From NCBI RefSeq assembly GCF_001194135.2, contig NC_068986.1:29793642-29857641 (forward strand): a stretch of DNA of 64,000 nucleotides, given 5' to 3'. This DNA is from Octopus bimaculoides (taxonomy: Eukaryota). Below the pieces are notes generated by a model. That model saw nothing but the letters and a program-made list of their open reading frames with translations. It searched no databases and was not told the DNA's origin. Shown here one piece after another: positions 40,146 to 53,274 of the stretch. A program made the translations under genes and the position numbers. Positions within the stretch are counted from its first letter, which is position 1, and the number at the start of each line of letters is the position of its first letter.

Positions 40146-43100
40146 CACACACATAATAGTTGACCTTCTCAGGTTGGTAACCTAGCTTGCTGGTAAACCA
40201 ACACTTATGAGGATATCAATAAATTCTCAAAGAGTTAATGTCTATTCCTTTTGTGTGGAGTGATCCAATAAGCTAAATAGACAGAATTTCTAGATTTCCT
40301 ATTTTCATTTCAGATAATTTAAACTAAATTCATCAAACACGCACACAAGTATGCACATCTCCGCTCACTCTTTCTCTTTTTGTCTTTCCCTTGTTTTCCA
40401 GNNNNNNNNNNNNNNNNNNNNNNNNNNNNNNNNNNNNNNNNNNNNNNNNNNNNNNNNNNNNNNNNNNNNNNNNNNNNNNNNNNNNNNNNNNNNNNNTCCC
40501 TCCCTCCCACTTTCATGTAAGACATTCTTCAACAAAATTCCTTACGTTATCTCTACTTACAGCATTGATTGTTTTTAAAATCTCAACAAGTCTGTAATGA
40601 ACTCAATTTTATACTTGTGTTATTATGACATTTACTACTGGAATCTCAAACTTAAATTAATTAAATGAAGGCCAAAGATACATAAAAGGTCCTTGATTTT
40701 TAAGCACTGGAATAATTGCTTTCCACAGATATTCATCTCCAGCTGCTCCCATACTCCCCACCGACTGCTAACAACTGTAGACTATAATCAGTGGCTGTCC
40801 TCAAATTTTCTTTTCTTTTATTTTCTTTTTAAAGGTTGAAATCAATTATCAGAACTGATTCTATTTCTTTTATGTTTATTCCTATTATACGCTTGCATTC
40901 CCGCATGCATTTCACATTCTACTCTCAAACCACTCATCTTTTTTTAAAACAAACAAAGAAATTTTCAACAGTTTATATTTTCTGTTTTTAAAAAAAATTT
41001 TTTGGTTTTTCTACATTTCTTTTTTGGTTTTTGTTTTTTGTTCTTTCCGCTTGTTTTTTGAAAAATATTGTTTATTTAATTATGGAGAAAATATTTCTGT
41101 TTTTATTATTGATTCTTTAACTCTTTACTTTAAACTTCGTGTTAGTGGTGGCAAAACACCTCATATTTCACTTTTCCTCCTTTGGAACTTTGGTGGCTGC
41201 TATTGCAATCTGATTGATTTTTTAAACTTCAAACTCAGGAGCTGATTAAAAAAAGATATTAAACATGTAATGTAGTCAATTCACTCCACTTTTCCTATGC
41301 CCCTCCTACAGGTTGTATTTTATTGCTGTTTAAACTCTTGACTATCCTTGATTCAGTTGACATAGGAACATCCCCATCTATTTTTTCAGACAGTGTATCT
41401 TCAACTACATTAAAATGGTAGGGTGTAGCTGGAAGGAAATTCTGGCTGCTATTTCTTGCAGGTTGAGGAACCATGTAGATGCTCCTTTGTTTACTGCCCC
41501 ATAAAAAGACCAGTAACCTTGTATCAGTACGAGATATCCTTATTTAGATTCATGTTTCTTCTTTTTCTCCCTAGTGTTGCTTTCCCGCATCATCCTTGTT
41601 GATGTTACATCAACATAAGTTTTGCTCTGTAGTTTAAAAAACGAGTTTGGCATGGCAGAAACATGCCCTCTTCCAGGTTTCCTTCTTACACAACATGAAA
41701 CCTTTAGTTTAATTGCCACACCTACTAATATTCTCGTATTACCTTTCCTGTAATTTCTCCATGAACTGGTGCTAATCTTGCTTGTAATAACTACAATCCT
41801 ACTACTGTGTTCGCTCAAACAGTCTATGACTGCAAATGGCTATTGTTATCTTCTGCCACACAATCCAGTCGACAGAAATTTATTAATAACACCACTTGTC
41901 TGCATTACTGTATTGAATCTATCTCTGACCATATTGTTCTGACATTTTATACTGTGCTTGTTCTTAGTTACAGCTTTAGTCCACCTCCTCTTCTATTTCC
42001 TTTTCCCCCTCTCTCCTCTGTCTCCTTTGGTAAAGTCTGTTGCACTGAGAAGTTCTGACATGCTTGATAACCATCACTTGAACTGTCAATAACAACTATT
42101 GATAGAGCTTGATAGTTCACTTGAAACTTGTCCAACCATTAACAGTGATTAGTTTGTCCTTACCAATCATTTTAGTGGAATTCTAAATTCCTGTAAAATC
42201 TCATTTACTAGTCAGTACTCCATCTTCTCAAATTTATTCATAATTCCAAACTACATGTTTAATCCCATCCTTTTCTCCTTTATACAGTAAGCTGCATGAT
42301 TAAATTGCCACATTACAAACCACTTATAAACTATAAGCCCAAAATTTTGTCTGTAAATGTAAACGCTTCCTATTCTCAAGGGACTTTGCTTGTTTCTAGT
42401 TCTATAGTGTTGGGGCAGATATGATAAATATCTCATCCTTAGGAAGCTGGCTTGTCTCGGATAACATTTTTTGATAGTGTGCCTGTTCCTAACAGTCAGG
42501 TAAATTAGGACAATGTAAAGTGATTTTTTTTCTTCCACTTATAAAATAATTATATTTTTGTGGTGAATTGGAACTCTCCACATATGAGTAATGAATCCCT
42601 ATACATTATTCATTGTTGTTTTACCCCTGTTATGTCTTTACCCCTCCTGCATTATTTCATGTGTACGATTTTCTCCACTCACCTATCTATCAGCTATTTT
42701 CACTTAATAGTTTGTTGTAAGAAGAGTACAAAGCAAAAGAAAAACTACTTCCACAAAGTCATGCAAGTTACCTATAAAAATGAGTGGAAAATGAATTCAG
42801 AAAGCAATTTGTATATAACATCTACATGGAACTTAAATATATTTTGGTGGGGCAGTGGTCATGGTATATGCAGGGAAACCCACCCCATCACCATCACCTA
42901 TTTTGGTGAAATTGATGTTCAATTTTGAATAGCTTCAAGGGACAGATGCGCATGAAGGGATTCCAGTGAGTTGCAACACAGTGTTTGGTGCAGAGTTTGG
43001 AAAGTGATACTATAAAGATGATTAGCAGGAAAACAACTTGGGGCTCTGAAAATTATTTTGTAACATGCCATGTTCAATGAGCAGATGTCATGGCAGTGTC

Positions 43101-43471
43101 AGTAGAAGTCTGAAGAGTTTTAAAGGGTTCCAGAGAAAATTTCCCTATTTTGCCTGTGAAATTTGCATAAACTCTGGGTGTTGTGAATTAGTATTCAAGC
43201 ACATGTTGCATTTGATAGTGGTAGTTGTGTGTGGTTTAGTCAGATCTGCTTTCTGCCACTTCTGGCATAGAATCACTGATGGATTGATCATCTGGAGTAA
43301 CCTGTAGAAATCCAACCCTTGTGAAAAGGTTTTGTTGTTTACTAAATTTTTAATTGAAATGTAAAAATGTTTTGAAAATAGTGAAAGCTTGCAAAGGCAC
43401 CATCTAAAGTATGTTTGTTTGTCTTTTAAATTCTATCTTGTTTCACATTTGAATTTTTCTGGGCGATCATG

Positions 43472-43700
43472 TTGCCTTTAGCACTTAAACTGGCCATATA
43501 TAACAGCCCAAATATTCTGTCTATTCTATGTTCAAACCAGCAACGTCCAGCCTCTCACACCTACTTTACAATGCCATTCAAAAAAATGCTATCACATCAT
43601 TGAAATCTCAAAACTATGAGATAATACATGATGAAGTTAAAACAATGTGAATAAATAAGCATTACAATTGACAAGAATAATCTGAATGCTAAAGGGTTAA
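43472..43700 (-). mobile_element. piggyBac-like MITE (family F)
   Basis: CCTTTAGCACTTAAACTGGCC...TCTGAATGCTAAAGGGTTAA; intact CCCTTTAG TIR plus TTAA at the right end. Confidence 0.82.
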
Positions 43701-44855
43701 ACACTGTCTGATATCAACCAAATACAAATATATTAAGCCCTGGCCTGAGTTGAACTTTTATAATTTTTTTTTGTAGCCTTGTGAACATTCTATATTTTGT
43801 ACAATGTTATATATTACTAACATTTTATTGTTAGTATTGCGTACAATAAAATATTCACAAATACAATTTCTTCTCAATGTAGTTATACGAAACCAGTTCA
43901 AACTTTTGGAAACTGACTGGGTTGTTGGTAGGAGTAGGAGGGTAGTTCACAATTTTTTTCCTTTTTCTTTCTTTCCAACCTGTCCAGAAGGATAAAAATG
44001 TACTATTATCCTAAGTTGAATACCTAGACTGCTGGAAGGAAGTGTAGTCGACAGCAAAAACATTCGAGCCTCAGATAAAATACCTTGAAGTATTTGTTCC
44101 AGTTTTTTTGTTTGTTTTTTACATTCTAGATTTAAAACTTCATTTGAGGACATCTTTTTGGGATCAATAAAAACAAGTACCACTATCAATTAAGTACTGG
44201 TGGAGGGGGTGTAGTTTGATTACCAAACAAGGACTGAAACCCCCAAGGTAGCCTGTTTTAGCCCTCAGTTTCATACTGACAGCTTCCTATAAACAGCATT
44301 GATGACAAGGAGAGAAATATCTGCTCTACTTTTTGGGAAAGTGGTGGCCTTCCATACAACCTTACCTGGACATATGCATCATGGAAGACACTCCAGTATT
44401 GTGCGCCATCTACATAACCTAACCTGAAAACAGGTCACAGATCATTGATCTCACAAGATATGCCAAAAATTTTAGATGAGTGTAAATACAATTTTGTTTC
44501 ATTCTTCCTGACTATCATTTCATATCTTAATTAGATAGTCAAGTGATGATGGTATTATGTCGAAGTACTTTTTCTTGGAATGAGCACCCCCCCCCCCCCA
44601 AATCTTCTACATTCTTTCTTTGTCAACCTATTCACCAAACAGTTCCTTGGAGTCACTTTCTGACTTCTGGAATTGAACTAATATTTTATATCTTCTATTG
44701 TTGATTTTATATTAATCTTGCTGTTATTATACATGTATGAATGTATGTGTGTGATTATTTTTTCCATTCCATTTTGCTAATCTGATCTTTTAAATTCAGT
44801 TTAACATGTTCCTTACAATTTCATTTTTTTTTCTTTTATTTTGTTTGTTTTACAG

Positions 44856-44918
44856 ACAGAGATTGCAAAGCGGTTGAATGCAATCTGTGCCCAAGTTATT
44901 CCATTCTTGTCACAGGAG
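44856..44918 (+). CDS. gro: Groucho/TLE Q-domain exon (TEIAKRLNAICAQVIPFLSQE)
   Basis: tttacag|ACAGAGATT...CAGGAG|gtaaga; 63 bp, phase 0/0. Continues in frame from the previous exon and is nearly identical to the TLE Q domain. Confidence 0.97.
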
Positions 44919-45665
44919 GTAAGAATATAATGCAATGCTTCAGTTTTAGTGATGTTCATCTGAAGAAAACAGCTCATTCATTTCGTTCTCACTCACCTTG
45001 TAAATTTTGGCTTTTTTTTTTTTTTTTACAAAAAAAGAAATTTGTCTATATTCATTTTCAATTTTCATTGATCTGCAATTGTATATTGTCTTGTTGAACC
45101 ACATACCCACCCACCCCTCTCTCTTACACAGACTCACAATATATATAGTGGAGTAAAGACAGCCATAAAAATGGTAAACAAAACAGTTTCAACATAACTT
45201 TCTGCTCTTCAATGTTTAAAAGAAGGCATGTATATATATATATATTATTTGTTTCAGTCATTAGANNNNNNNNNNNNNNNNNNNNNNNNNNNNNNNNNNN
45301 NNNNNNNNNNNNNNNNNNNNNNNNNNNNNNNNNNNNNNNNNNNNNNNNNNNNNNNNNNNNNNNNNNNNNNNNNNNNNNNNNNNNNNNNNNNNNNNNNNNN
45401 NNNNNNNNNNNNNNNNNNNNNNNNNNNNNNNNNNNNNNNNNNNNNNNNNNNNNNNNNNNNNNNNNNNNNNNNNNNNNNNNNNNNNNNNNNNNNNNNNNNN
45501 NNNNNNNNNNNNNNNNNNNNNNNNNNNNNNNNNNNNNNNNNNNNNNNNNNNNNNNNNNNNNNNNNNNNNNNNNNNNNNNNNNNNNNNNNNNNNNNNNNNN
45601 NNNNNNNNNNNNNNNNNNNNNNNNNNNNNNNNNNNNNNNNNNNNNNNNNNNNNNNNNNNNNNNNN

Positions 45666-45703
<38 letters not shown>

Positions 45704-45709
45704 GGTATC

Positions 45710-45840
45710 CAAATCATGTGCTTTTGGGTTGTGTCCTACTGCGAAACACTTTGGGCAAGTTTCTTCTTCTATACCTGGGATTGACCAAAGCCTTGCGAGT
45801 GGAGGTGGTAGATGAAAACTGAAAGAAGCCTGTTGTGTAC
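45710..45840 (+). mobile_element. SINE family A head, diverged
   Basis: TTTGGGCAAGTTTCTTC...GACCAAAGCCTTGCGAGTGGA...AACTGAAAGAAGCC. Further decayed copies at about 16870-16970, 39010-39167 and 53991-54124. Confidence 0.7.
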
Positions 45841-46479
45841 ATATCACTGTCTTACAATGTTGGTCGTTTCCAATTATTCATGAAAACATATCCGATCTTT
45901 TGGGTAAATATTACCTTGTTTGGAAACTGCTGAGGGCTGGCAACCGCAAGGGGATCCAGCCACAGAAAATACGGCTCAGTGAATTGTCTGACCCATGCAA
46001 GCATGAAAAAGTGGACGTTACTCTACATAGATCAAATTTGTACGTTTAGTTATGTTTACTATAAAGAATTTAGTTTCCTTTTTCTCCGTAGGATTAAGAA
46101 AATAGTGCAAAAGGCAAAAAGAAAAAATCTCTTTTAACTTCGTCAGATCCTTTAAGTTTATAAAAGTCCGCCCTTCTATGCACGCGTATATTTACTCTCA
46201 CCACGCACACCTATAAAACTTAAATACTAGATCTAATAAATATTACTGTAGGTTGAAGTTCTGAAAGCTCTTATACATGTTCAAGCTGAAATAACATTAA
46301 AATTTTGCGACGATGCAAATTTCCTCTTGGAAAAGTAATATATGTTAGAATTAAACATGATTTTTTAAATTAAATTTTTTTTTCTTTTGTACGCATGTTG
46401 CTAAATAATTTCTGCTTATTTGATATATAATCCATCCTGTACCATGTGTGCAGGTTCCACTGCTAATACTGTTAAGCAG

Positions 46480-46850
46480 GTGGAGGCGCAATGCCCCAGT
46501 GATTAGGGCAGCGGACTCGCGGTTTCGATTCCTAGACCGGGCGTTGTGAGTGTTTATTGAGCGAAAACACCTAAAGCTCCACGCGGCTCCGACAGGGGAT
46601 GGTGGCGAACCCTGCTGTACTCTTTCACCGCAACTTTCTCTCACTCTTACTTCCTGTTTCTGTCGTGCCTGTAATTCAAAGGGTCAGCCTTGTCTCACTG
46701 TCTCAAGCTGAATATCCCCGAGAACTACGTTAAGGGTACACGTGTCTGTGGAGTGCTCAGCCACTTACACGTTAATTTCATGAGCAGGCTGTTCCGTTGA
46801 TCAGATCAACTGGAACCCTCGACGTCATAAGCGACGGAGTGCCAACATAT
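46480..46850 (+). mobile_element. tRNA(Arg-like)-derived SINE, family C, near full length with TSD
   Basis: GTGGAGGCGCAATG..CAGTG A-box and GTTTCGATTCC B-box; 12-bp TSD ACTG(T/C)TAAGCAG (46468-46479, 46853-46864); 14-nt deletion in the tRNA part between CGCGGT direct repeats relative to the 53.3 kb copy. Confidence 0.93.
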
Positions 46851-48338
46851 ACACTGCTAAGCAGTATTAGCAGTTCCGGTGATGAAGAAGTCGCTAATTG
46901 CAGCAGCTGACATTCAAAAATATACTCTGCACTACATAGTTCTCTCCCTTGCTCGTCAACCAAAAAGCTTTCTCTTTCTTTCTGGGAACAATTAATAAAC
47001 GCGATCCACTTGAACGTTTACAAAACATTGTTTTCCTAGAACCACTATTGATAATTTTGATAGTTAATTGAGTCATTTGATGCTTAAGAAAAAACAATAG
47101 CCGTATTTGTAGTATTATATAATTTTTCGTTTTGAGTGGAACAACGACTTTATTATACATGTCCCGACTCCCTTTTCCAAATAAATGTTGTATTATAACC
47201 GTTAATTAATTTATTTATATTTACTTTTCAAACACGCTCTATATTAAAGCATTAGTAAATTATATTTTACTTTTCTGTTTCGTTCTTTTTTGTTTTTATT
47301 TCTTCCAACATTACTGAACATACAATAATAATTTACAAGTTGTGCTTCAAGTCTTTTATAACGTCTCATTTAAAAAAGAAAAGTGTAAATTAAAATTTAC
47401 TTATGTTTATTTTCTGAAATAAGTTCTGAGCAAAAATTATAAACAAAAAAAGAAAAAAAAATCTTTTTTATTGCTTTCGAACAAATTTTCCTTTTCACCT
47501 TGTAAATTCCTCCGAGTTGTTTTGTTGCTTTTTTTGTTGTTTAAAAAACTTGTGTATTTTTTTCTTTTTACTTTTTCTTTTTTCACCCGAGATTGTCTGT
47601 AGTAAATTTATTTTATTACCTGTCTTGTGAATTGTGTGTGTGATGGGGCTGGGGATAAAGGCCAGGCCAAATGTAATTTTAAAACAAAAATTATCGTTGA
47701 ACAAAAGAAGGGGTTTAAAATGACGCAAGTTAATTTCGAATTTAAAACTAAAAACTAATTGGGAGGTGTAATGTAATGTTGCAAGCTTAAATCTTTAAAG
47801 AAAGGTTTAATTATTAACTCTTTTATTGCAGTTATCTTTAAAACATTTAAAGCTGAAATAACTTAAATTTTGGGGAATATATTAAATTATTCTAGGTTAC
47901 TATAATTCCTACTTTAGCATGTAATGTTTTAAGCTTGCTTTTAAATTAATGAGGCATCTGTTTTTTCTTTTTTATTTCTTTTTTGTATTAATATTTTCAC
48001 TAGCACTTAAAAATGGGTATTTATTTCATTTACTATATTCTCATCGCCATCAAATTCTGAAAGCTTCCATTTAAACTAAGTTTCATCATCGTTACTGGGC
48101 CAAATCAACATTTAAAAACTTGCATTCGATATCAATTCCTCTTCACTGTATATATTTATATAGATAGATCTAATCCATCGCTATTTTGACCACGACGATG
48201 ATGGCTTCCATCCAGAGACAAGGGTATTCAATGAGTTGACAATCTCTTTTCCTCTCGTCTCTTTCTTGGCTTCTAAAGTTGTAATCACCACACAAACTAC
48301 CAGTTTTGTTATTGTTCTGTTTCCTCTTTGTTTTGCAG

Positions 48339-48413
48339 CATCAGCAACAGGTTGCAGCTGCTGTAGAACGAGCCAAACAGGTGACCATGGCTGAACTGAA
48401 TGCAATTATAGGG
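48339..48413 (+). CDS. gro: Groucho/TLE Q-domain exon ([25 protein letters not shown])
   Basis: ttttgcag|CATCAGCAA...ATTATAGGG|gtatgt; 75 bp, phase 0/0; end of the Q domain. Confidence 0.97.
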
Positions 48414-49169
48414 GTATGTTTCAGTGAAGCTGCCAAGCACTTTGCCCTCCCATTCCTTCGTGTTATTTTTCCCCGATTTAACTTTTTTTTTCTTTCCAAT
48501 TTGTTATAAATTTTCATTACCAAACTGCGACTAATTTTCGAAGATTGATTATAAAATAGATTCAAAGTAATCATGTGTTTAATCATTTCTTCTGCTGCCA
48601 AACAACAGTGATCTCCCCTGAGAATGTCCATCAGACTTCGCCTCTTTTAACGTCCAAATCGAAGAAACTTATAATCTCATTCCTTAAATACCACAAAATT
48701 ATAAATGTACAGGAAAGTAAGGCAGTTTAAAAACATTAGCAGTTAAGTTTTCATATAATTCCAAAAACACTGAAAAATCCAAGAAAAACAAAAGCCTTTT
48801 AAATATATATATTTTTGTCTTTGTAGCTTTTGTAAATTTTACACATTCCTCATTTTTTGTGCTGAAATGAATGGACAGATTGTAAAAACTATCACTAAAC
48901 TCTTGTTTAATCCAAACATGTAGTATAGACACACATATACATGTTTTTACTCTTGGACGTTGCATGTCACATGATTTTATACTTTTTGTTGAATTAGTTT
49001 GCCTTGTGTTTTTTGTTTCCTTTTTGTGTTATTTTATCCACACCCCCCTATTTTTTTTATTATTATTATTAGCAATCATTATTATAATTAGCACATAATC
49101 TTGTAATAAGCTTTTTTTTGTTGTTCTTCTTCTGTTCTTACATTTGGACATTTGTATATTGGTTTTCAG

Positions 49170-49347
49170 CAACAAGTTCAGGCACAACATCTCCCCCATG
49201 CTCACCCACCAGCCATTCCAATACCACCTCATCCTGCTAGTTTACAACCCCCTGGAATCCCAGTATCAAGTGGATCAGGACTGTTGGCACTTTCAGGCAC
49301 ATTTCCTGGCAACCCACATTTAAGTGGATCTTTAAAAGAAGAGAAGG
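49170..49347 (+). CDS. gro: Groucho/TLE GP-domain exon ([59 protein letters not shown]+G)
   Basis: ttttcag|CAACAAGTT...GAGAAGG|gtgagt; 178 bp, phase 0/1. The Gly/Pro-rich PPHP..LQPPGIP...SGLLAL...HL..K.EK pattern resembles the vertebrate TLE GP domain. Confidence 0.93.
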
Positions 49348-52300
49348 GTGAGTTTTCAAATAACATTTTTTTCTCTCTTTTAAGAACTTTTTTTAATGTG
49401 CTGTCTGGTTTTCAGTTTGGTGTGAATGCATAGAAAATAATATTTAAAACAAAAGAAAAAAAGAAGTTAGGATTTAATAAAAGTTTGTTCAAGTTAATTA
49501 TAACTGAATTGCTATGACAGTTAACTTTAAAATTGTCAACATATTCTGGCAACAATGACAAGTCTTGTAAGCCCAAAGATTTCTCAGCAGGAACTTACTG
49601 CCTGGAGGTTAATCAGTTTTTCACCCTTCCAATGGACTCATTAAAAAGCATTCTTCCTCTCCAATAACTGCTACCAAAATATATGGTTGAGTAATGAATC
49701 ACTTTTTTCCCTTCAAAAGTAATATCCAAAGCATTGTCGAATTTACGTTGTGGAGGTGAAGTCTTTCTGCTAATAACACGAAGTGATTATTTTGCATCAC
49801 TTTATCACTAATCCTGATCCTATTAAAGAATTAATTTTGAATTCCTAAGTATTCAGTCTAAATAGCATTAACACTTATTCCTGATAATTGCTGACCTTGT
49901 TTTGAATCATAATAATAACGACAATGCTCTTGCTCACTCACTCCATTTGCATATTTCCTTCTTTCCTTCTTTCACCTTTGTGTGGGTAAAGTTTAGAAAC
50001 TTTTTTTTTTAAAAAGTTAATACTGGTTTTGCTTTCTAAGATATTAAAAATTCAATCTAAACTCTAGACATTGGTATTTAATTCTTTCTTTCTTTCTTTC
50101 TTTTTTTATCTTTCATATAACCTTTTGGATTATAGAAGAGAAACACGTAAGTAAACACAGTTCTATTGTTGAAAACAGTGAAAAAGGAAGTAACTTGTAG
50201 TGTTTGGATCCGAAGAACTTCATCTCTGCAATGCTGTGAAATTTTATATTTTTAATCCATACTTACTGGCAAGAATCTTGCCCACTGTGGAAGCCAAGCA
50301 AAACATTTAAAAAAAAAAAAAGTGAGAGAGAGAGAGAGAAAAATAAAACATTTGTGCGTGTGTCTTTTAATGCCAATATTCTTCATAAATATTTGGAACA
50401 ATCAGGAATAGGTGCATTCTGACTTTGGACACTTCTTATCAATCAAGCAATATTTTGTATATAAATTGAACATAACTTTGCTTGATATTACTTTGGCATA
50501 AATAGTGCATCTTTGGGATTCTTCAAAACAGTACTCTCTTGTAATAAAGGGTTCATCTTTCCAAAAATCATGTCTGTCAATTGTATATTTTCAAACAAAA
50601 CAAAACAAAAAAAAATAACAAAAGTGAAAGANNNNNNNNNNNNNNNNNNNNNNNNNNNNNNNNNNNNNNNNNNNNNNNNNNNNNNNNNNNNNNNNNNNNN
50701 NNNNNNNNNNNNNNNNNNNNNNNNNNNNNNNNNNNNNNNNNNNNNNNNNNNNNNNNNNNNNNNNNNNNNNNNNNNNNNNNNNNNNNNNNNNNNNNNNNNN
50801 NNNNNNNNNNNNNNNNNNNNNNNNNNNNNNNNNNNNNNNNNNNNNNNNNNNNNNNNNNNNNNNNNNNNNNNNNNNNNNNNNNNNNNNNNNNNNNNNNNNN
50901 NNNNNNNNNNNNNNNNNNNNNNNNNNNNNNNNNNNNNNNNNNNNNNNNNNNNNNNNNNNNNNNNNNNNNNNNNNNNNNNNNNNNNNNNNNNNNNNNNNNN
51001 NNNNNNNNNNNNNNNNNNNNNNNNNNNNNNNNNNNNNNNNNNNNNNNNNNNNNNNNNNNNNNNNNNNNNNNNNNNNNNTATAAATTTGAAACTCTTATTT
51101 TATAACTTAAATAATAATCTTGATAGCTATACCTATATATATGCCTTTCTATTTTCCTTATGTCTTTTTAAAAACATGAGACAAAATCTGAATGGCTAGA
51201 TGAAATCTTGAAGTAATTCTGTAATAAATTTGATATTAAAGTAGCCCTTTTTCCAATTAAGAAAGAAGTTCTTGTTGAATTATGTTGCTTTTACCCCCAT
51301 CACCATTCTGAACAACTTGAAGTAATGTATTGGTCTTGTAGGACCATAGATAAAATTATCTTTTTAAAAAAAAAAAAAAAAAAAAAAAGCTTATTGACCT
51401 ATTTGAAATTTGGTAGCAATGAAGTGAAAGTCAGTTGGTTAGAACAACCTAATTCAAATTGTTTGATTTTAAGAAAAAATTATTCTTAATCTTCTCAACA
51501 CCCAGTATCTTCTTTTGCTTACATATCACTAAACTCTTATATGTATGTGCGTTTGTGTGCATGTGTTAGTTTTCCAGCTAGCTTAACTTAGTGTCCATTT
51601 ACTCAATGCAATGTCTATGAAATGGACTGGTCCTTTAATTTCTTCACAATAAGCTCAATTTAACCAGATTTATCATAAAGTTGTCAATATTTGTTATCAA
51701 ATAGTTATGTTACATAACCACTTGACAGTCATCTGCTTTTAGTTTATCTTTTAACCCCGTGAATTCTAGTTTTACGTTTGGCAGTGTTTTTTATTCTTAT
51801 ATTATTTTTTCTTTACTTCAAACCCAACATTTAGTTTGTGTGGCCTTTCTTTTTCTCAAAACGGTGTCCAAAGTTTCTTTAATCTGATCATTACATTTTC
51901 AGGAATAAGAATTCTTAGTCAGAACCCTGTGTTTCAAACAGGATTAAATACTGGAAATTAGATATTCTACTTTCACACTAGTGTTATGCAGAACACTCAC
52001 ATCTTCACTGTTTCATCAACAGTCAGGCACCAGCTTATGTTAATTTATTTAAGCTAAACAAGCATTACATAACTGCAGTTTCGTTCTCTCAATTGACTGT
52101 TACATGTCAAGGGTTTGATAATATTAGTTGACTGATTGCTTTCAAAGCCTGCTGCTATGTACAGTAGACTACTTGAACAAAATCACAGTTTGCAAGAGGT
52201 AATATCCTTGTTTCTTATATAAATTAACATATACGACTACACACCTTAAACAAGTTGTATTGCGTACTTATGTCTTTTTCTTGTGCTACACAGTACAAAC

Positions 52301-52633
52301 AAAAACTGTATTTCTTCATTCTTTTACTGGTTTCAACCATTAGAATATGGCTCTGCCTTCAAATGTTTAAGTCAGTCATATTAATCTAATACCTCTTTCA
52401 GGCTGTTACTTCTTTGTCAATTTATGATAGTCGAGTAGATAAGCATATATGTATTTGAATGTGTATGTATGATGGGTCTCTACACAGTCTCTGCCCTCCA
52501 AATTCCACAAGACTCTGGTAAAAGACATTTGCCAAGGTGTTGATCTGTGGCAATGGGCCTAGAATTGATGTAAAGCAAACTTCATACCATAAAGCCCTGA
52601 TGATGCCCCAGATGAGTGTTTTATATAATATAG

Positions 52634-52727
<94 letters not shown>

Positions 52728-52755
52728 ATGTATATATATATGGTTAGTCTACATT

Positions 52756-52959
52756 ACTCCATAAGGATCATAGGGCCAGTTTCTCTGGTTTATACATCCC
52801 TCCCTGGATAGGATACCAGCTCATTACAGGATTACACTAGAGCAATGTGAAATGAAATGTTTTGCTGAAGAACACAATGCATCACCCAGCCTAGGAATCA
52901 AAACCACAATCTCATGATCATGAGTCCAACACCCTAACCACTAAGCCATGTGCCTCCAC
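52756..52959 (-). mobile_element. SINE family D
   Basis: The reverse complement starts GTGGAGGCACATGGCTTAGTGGTTAGGGTGTTGGACTCATGA; aligns with 12121-12345. Confidence 0.82.
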
Positions 52960-52966
52960 TAATATA

Positions 52967-53032
<66 letters not shown>

Positions 53033-53274
53033 GAACTAAATGGAAACAATATAAAGTTTGAAATATGTTAAGAAGCTGTATTAATTTAGAGTTAATCATT
53101 AGCTCTGGTGTCTGTAGCATTGACTCAACAGGCCAAGTTATCTATGACAAAGGATGTTAATTTTCCCTAAGAAAGCAGTGTACTTTTGTGCACTGAAGCA
53201 AGAAGGATTATCTTGTTTGGATATAAGGAAATACCTACAACGAGCGATTACTTATGTATGCTATATGGACTAGT

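Noticed and set aside
46480-46560. tRNA genes at tRNA-like heads (also 3469, 4435, 12121, 13951, 53580)
   Set aside because: Each continues into a multi-copy SINE body, often with a TSD, and lacks an intact cloverleaf.
48414-48509. Alternative-donor extension after AIIG, like the VRGLPNLPLT insert of vertebrate TLE3
   Set aside because: The two donor-like GT sites I examined (48424, 48460) are out of frame, and read-through ends in a stop.
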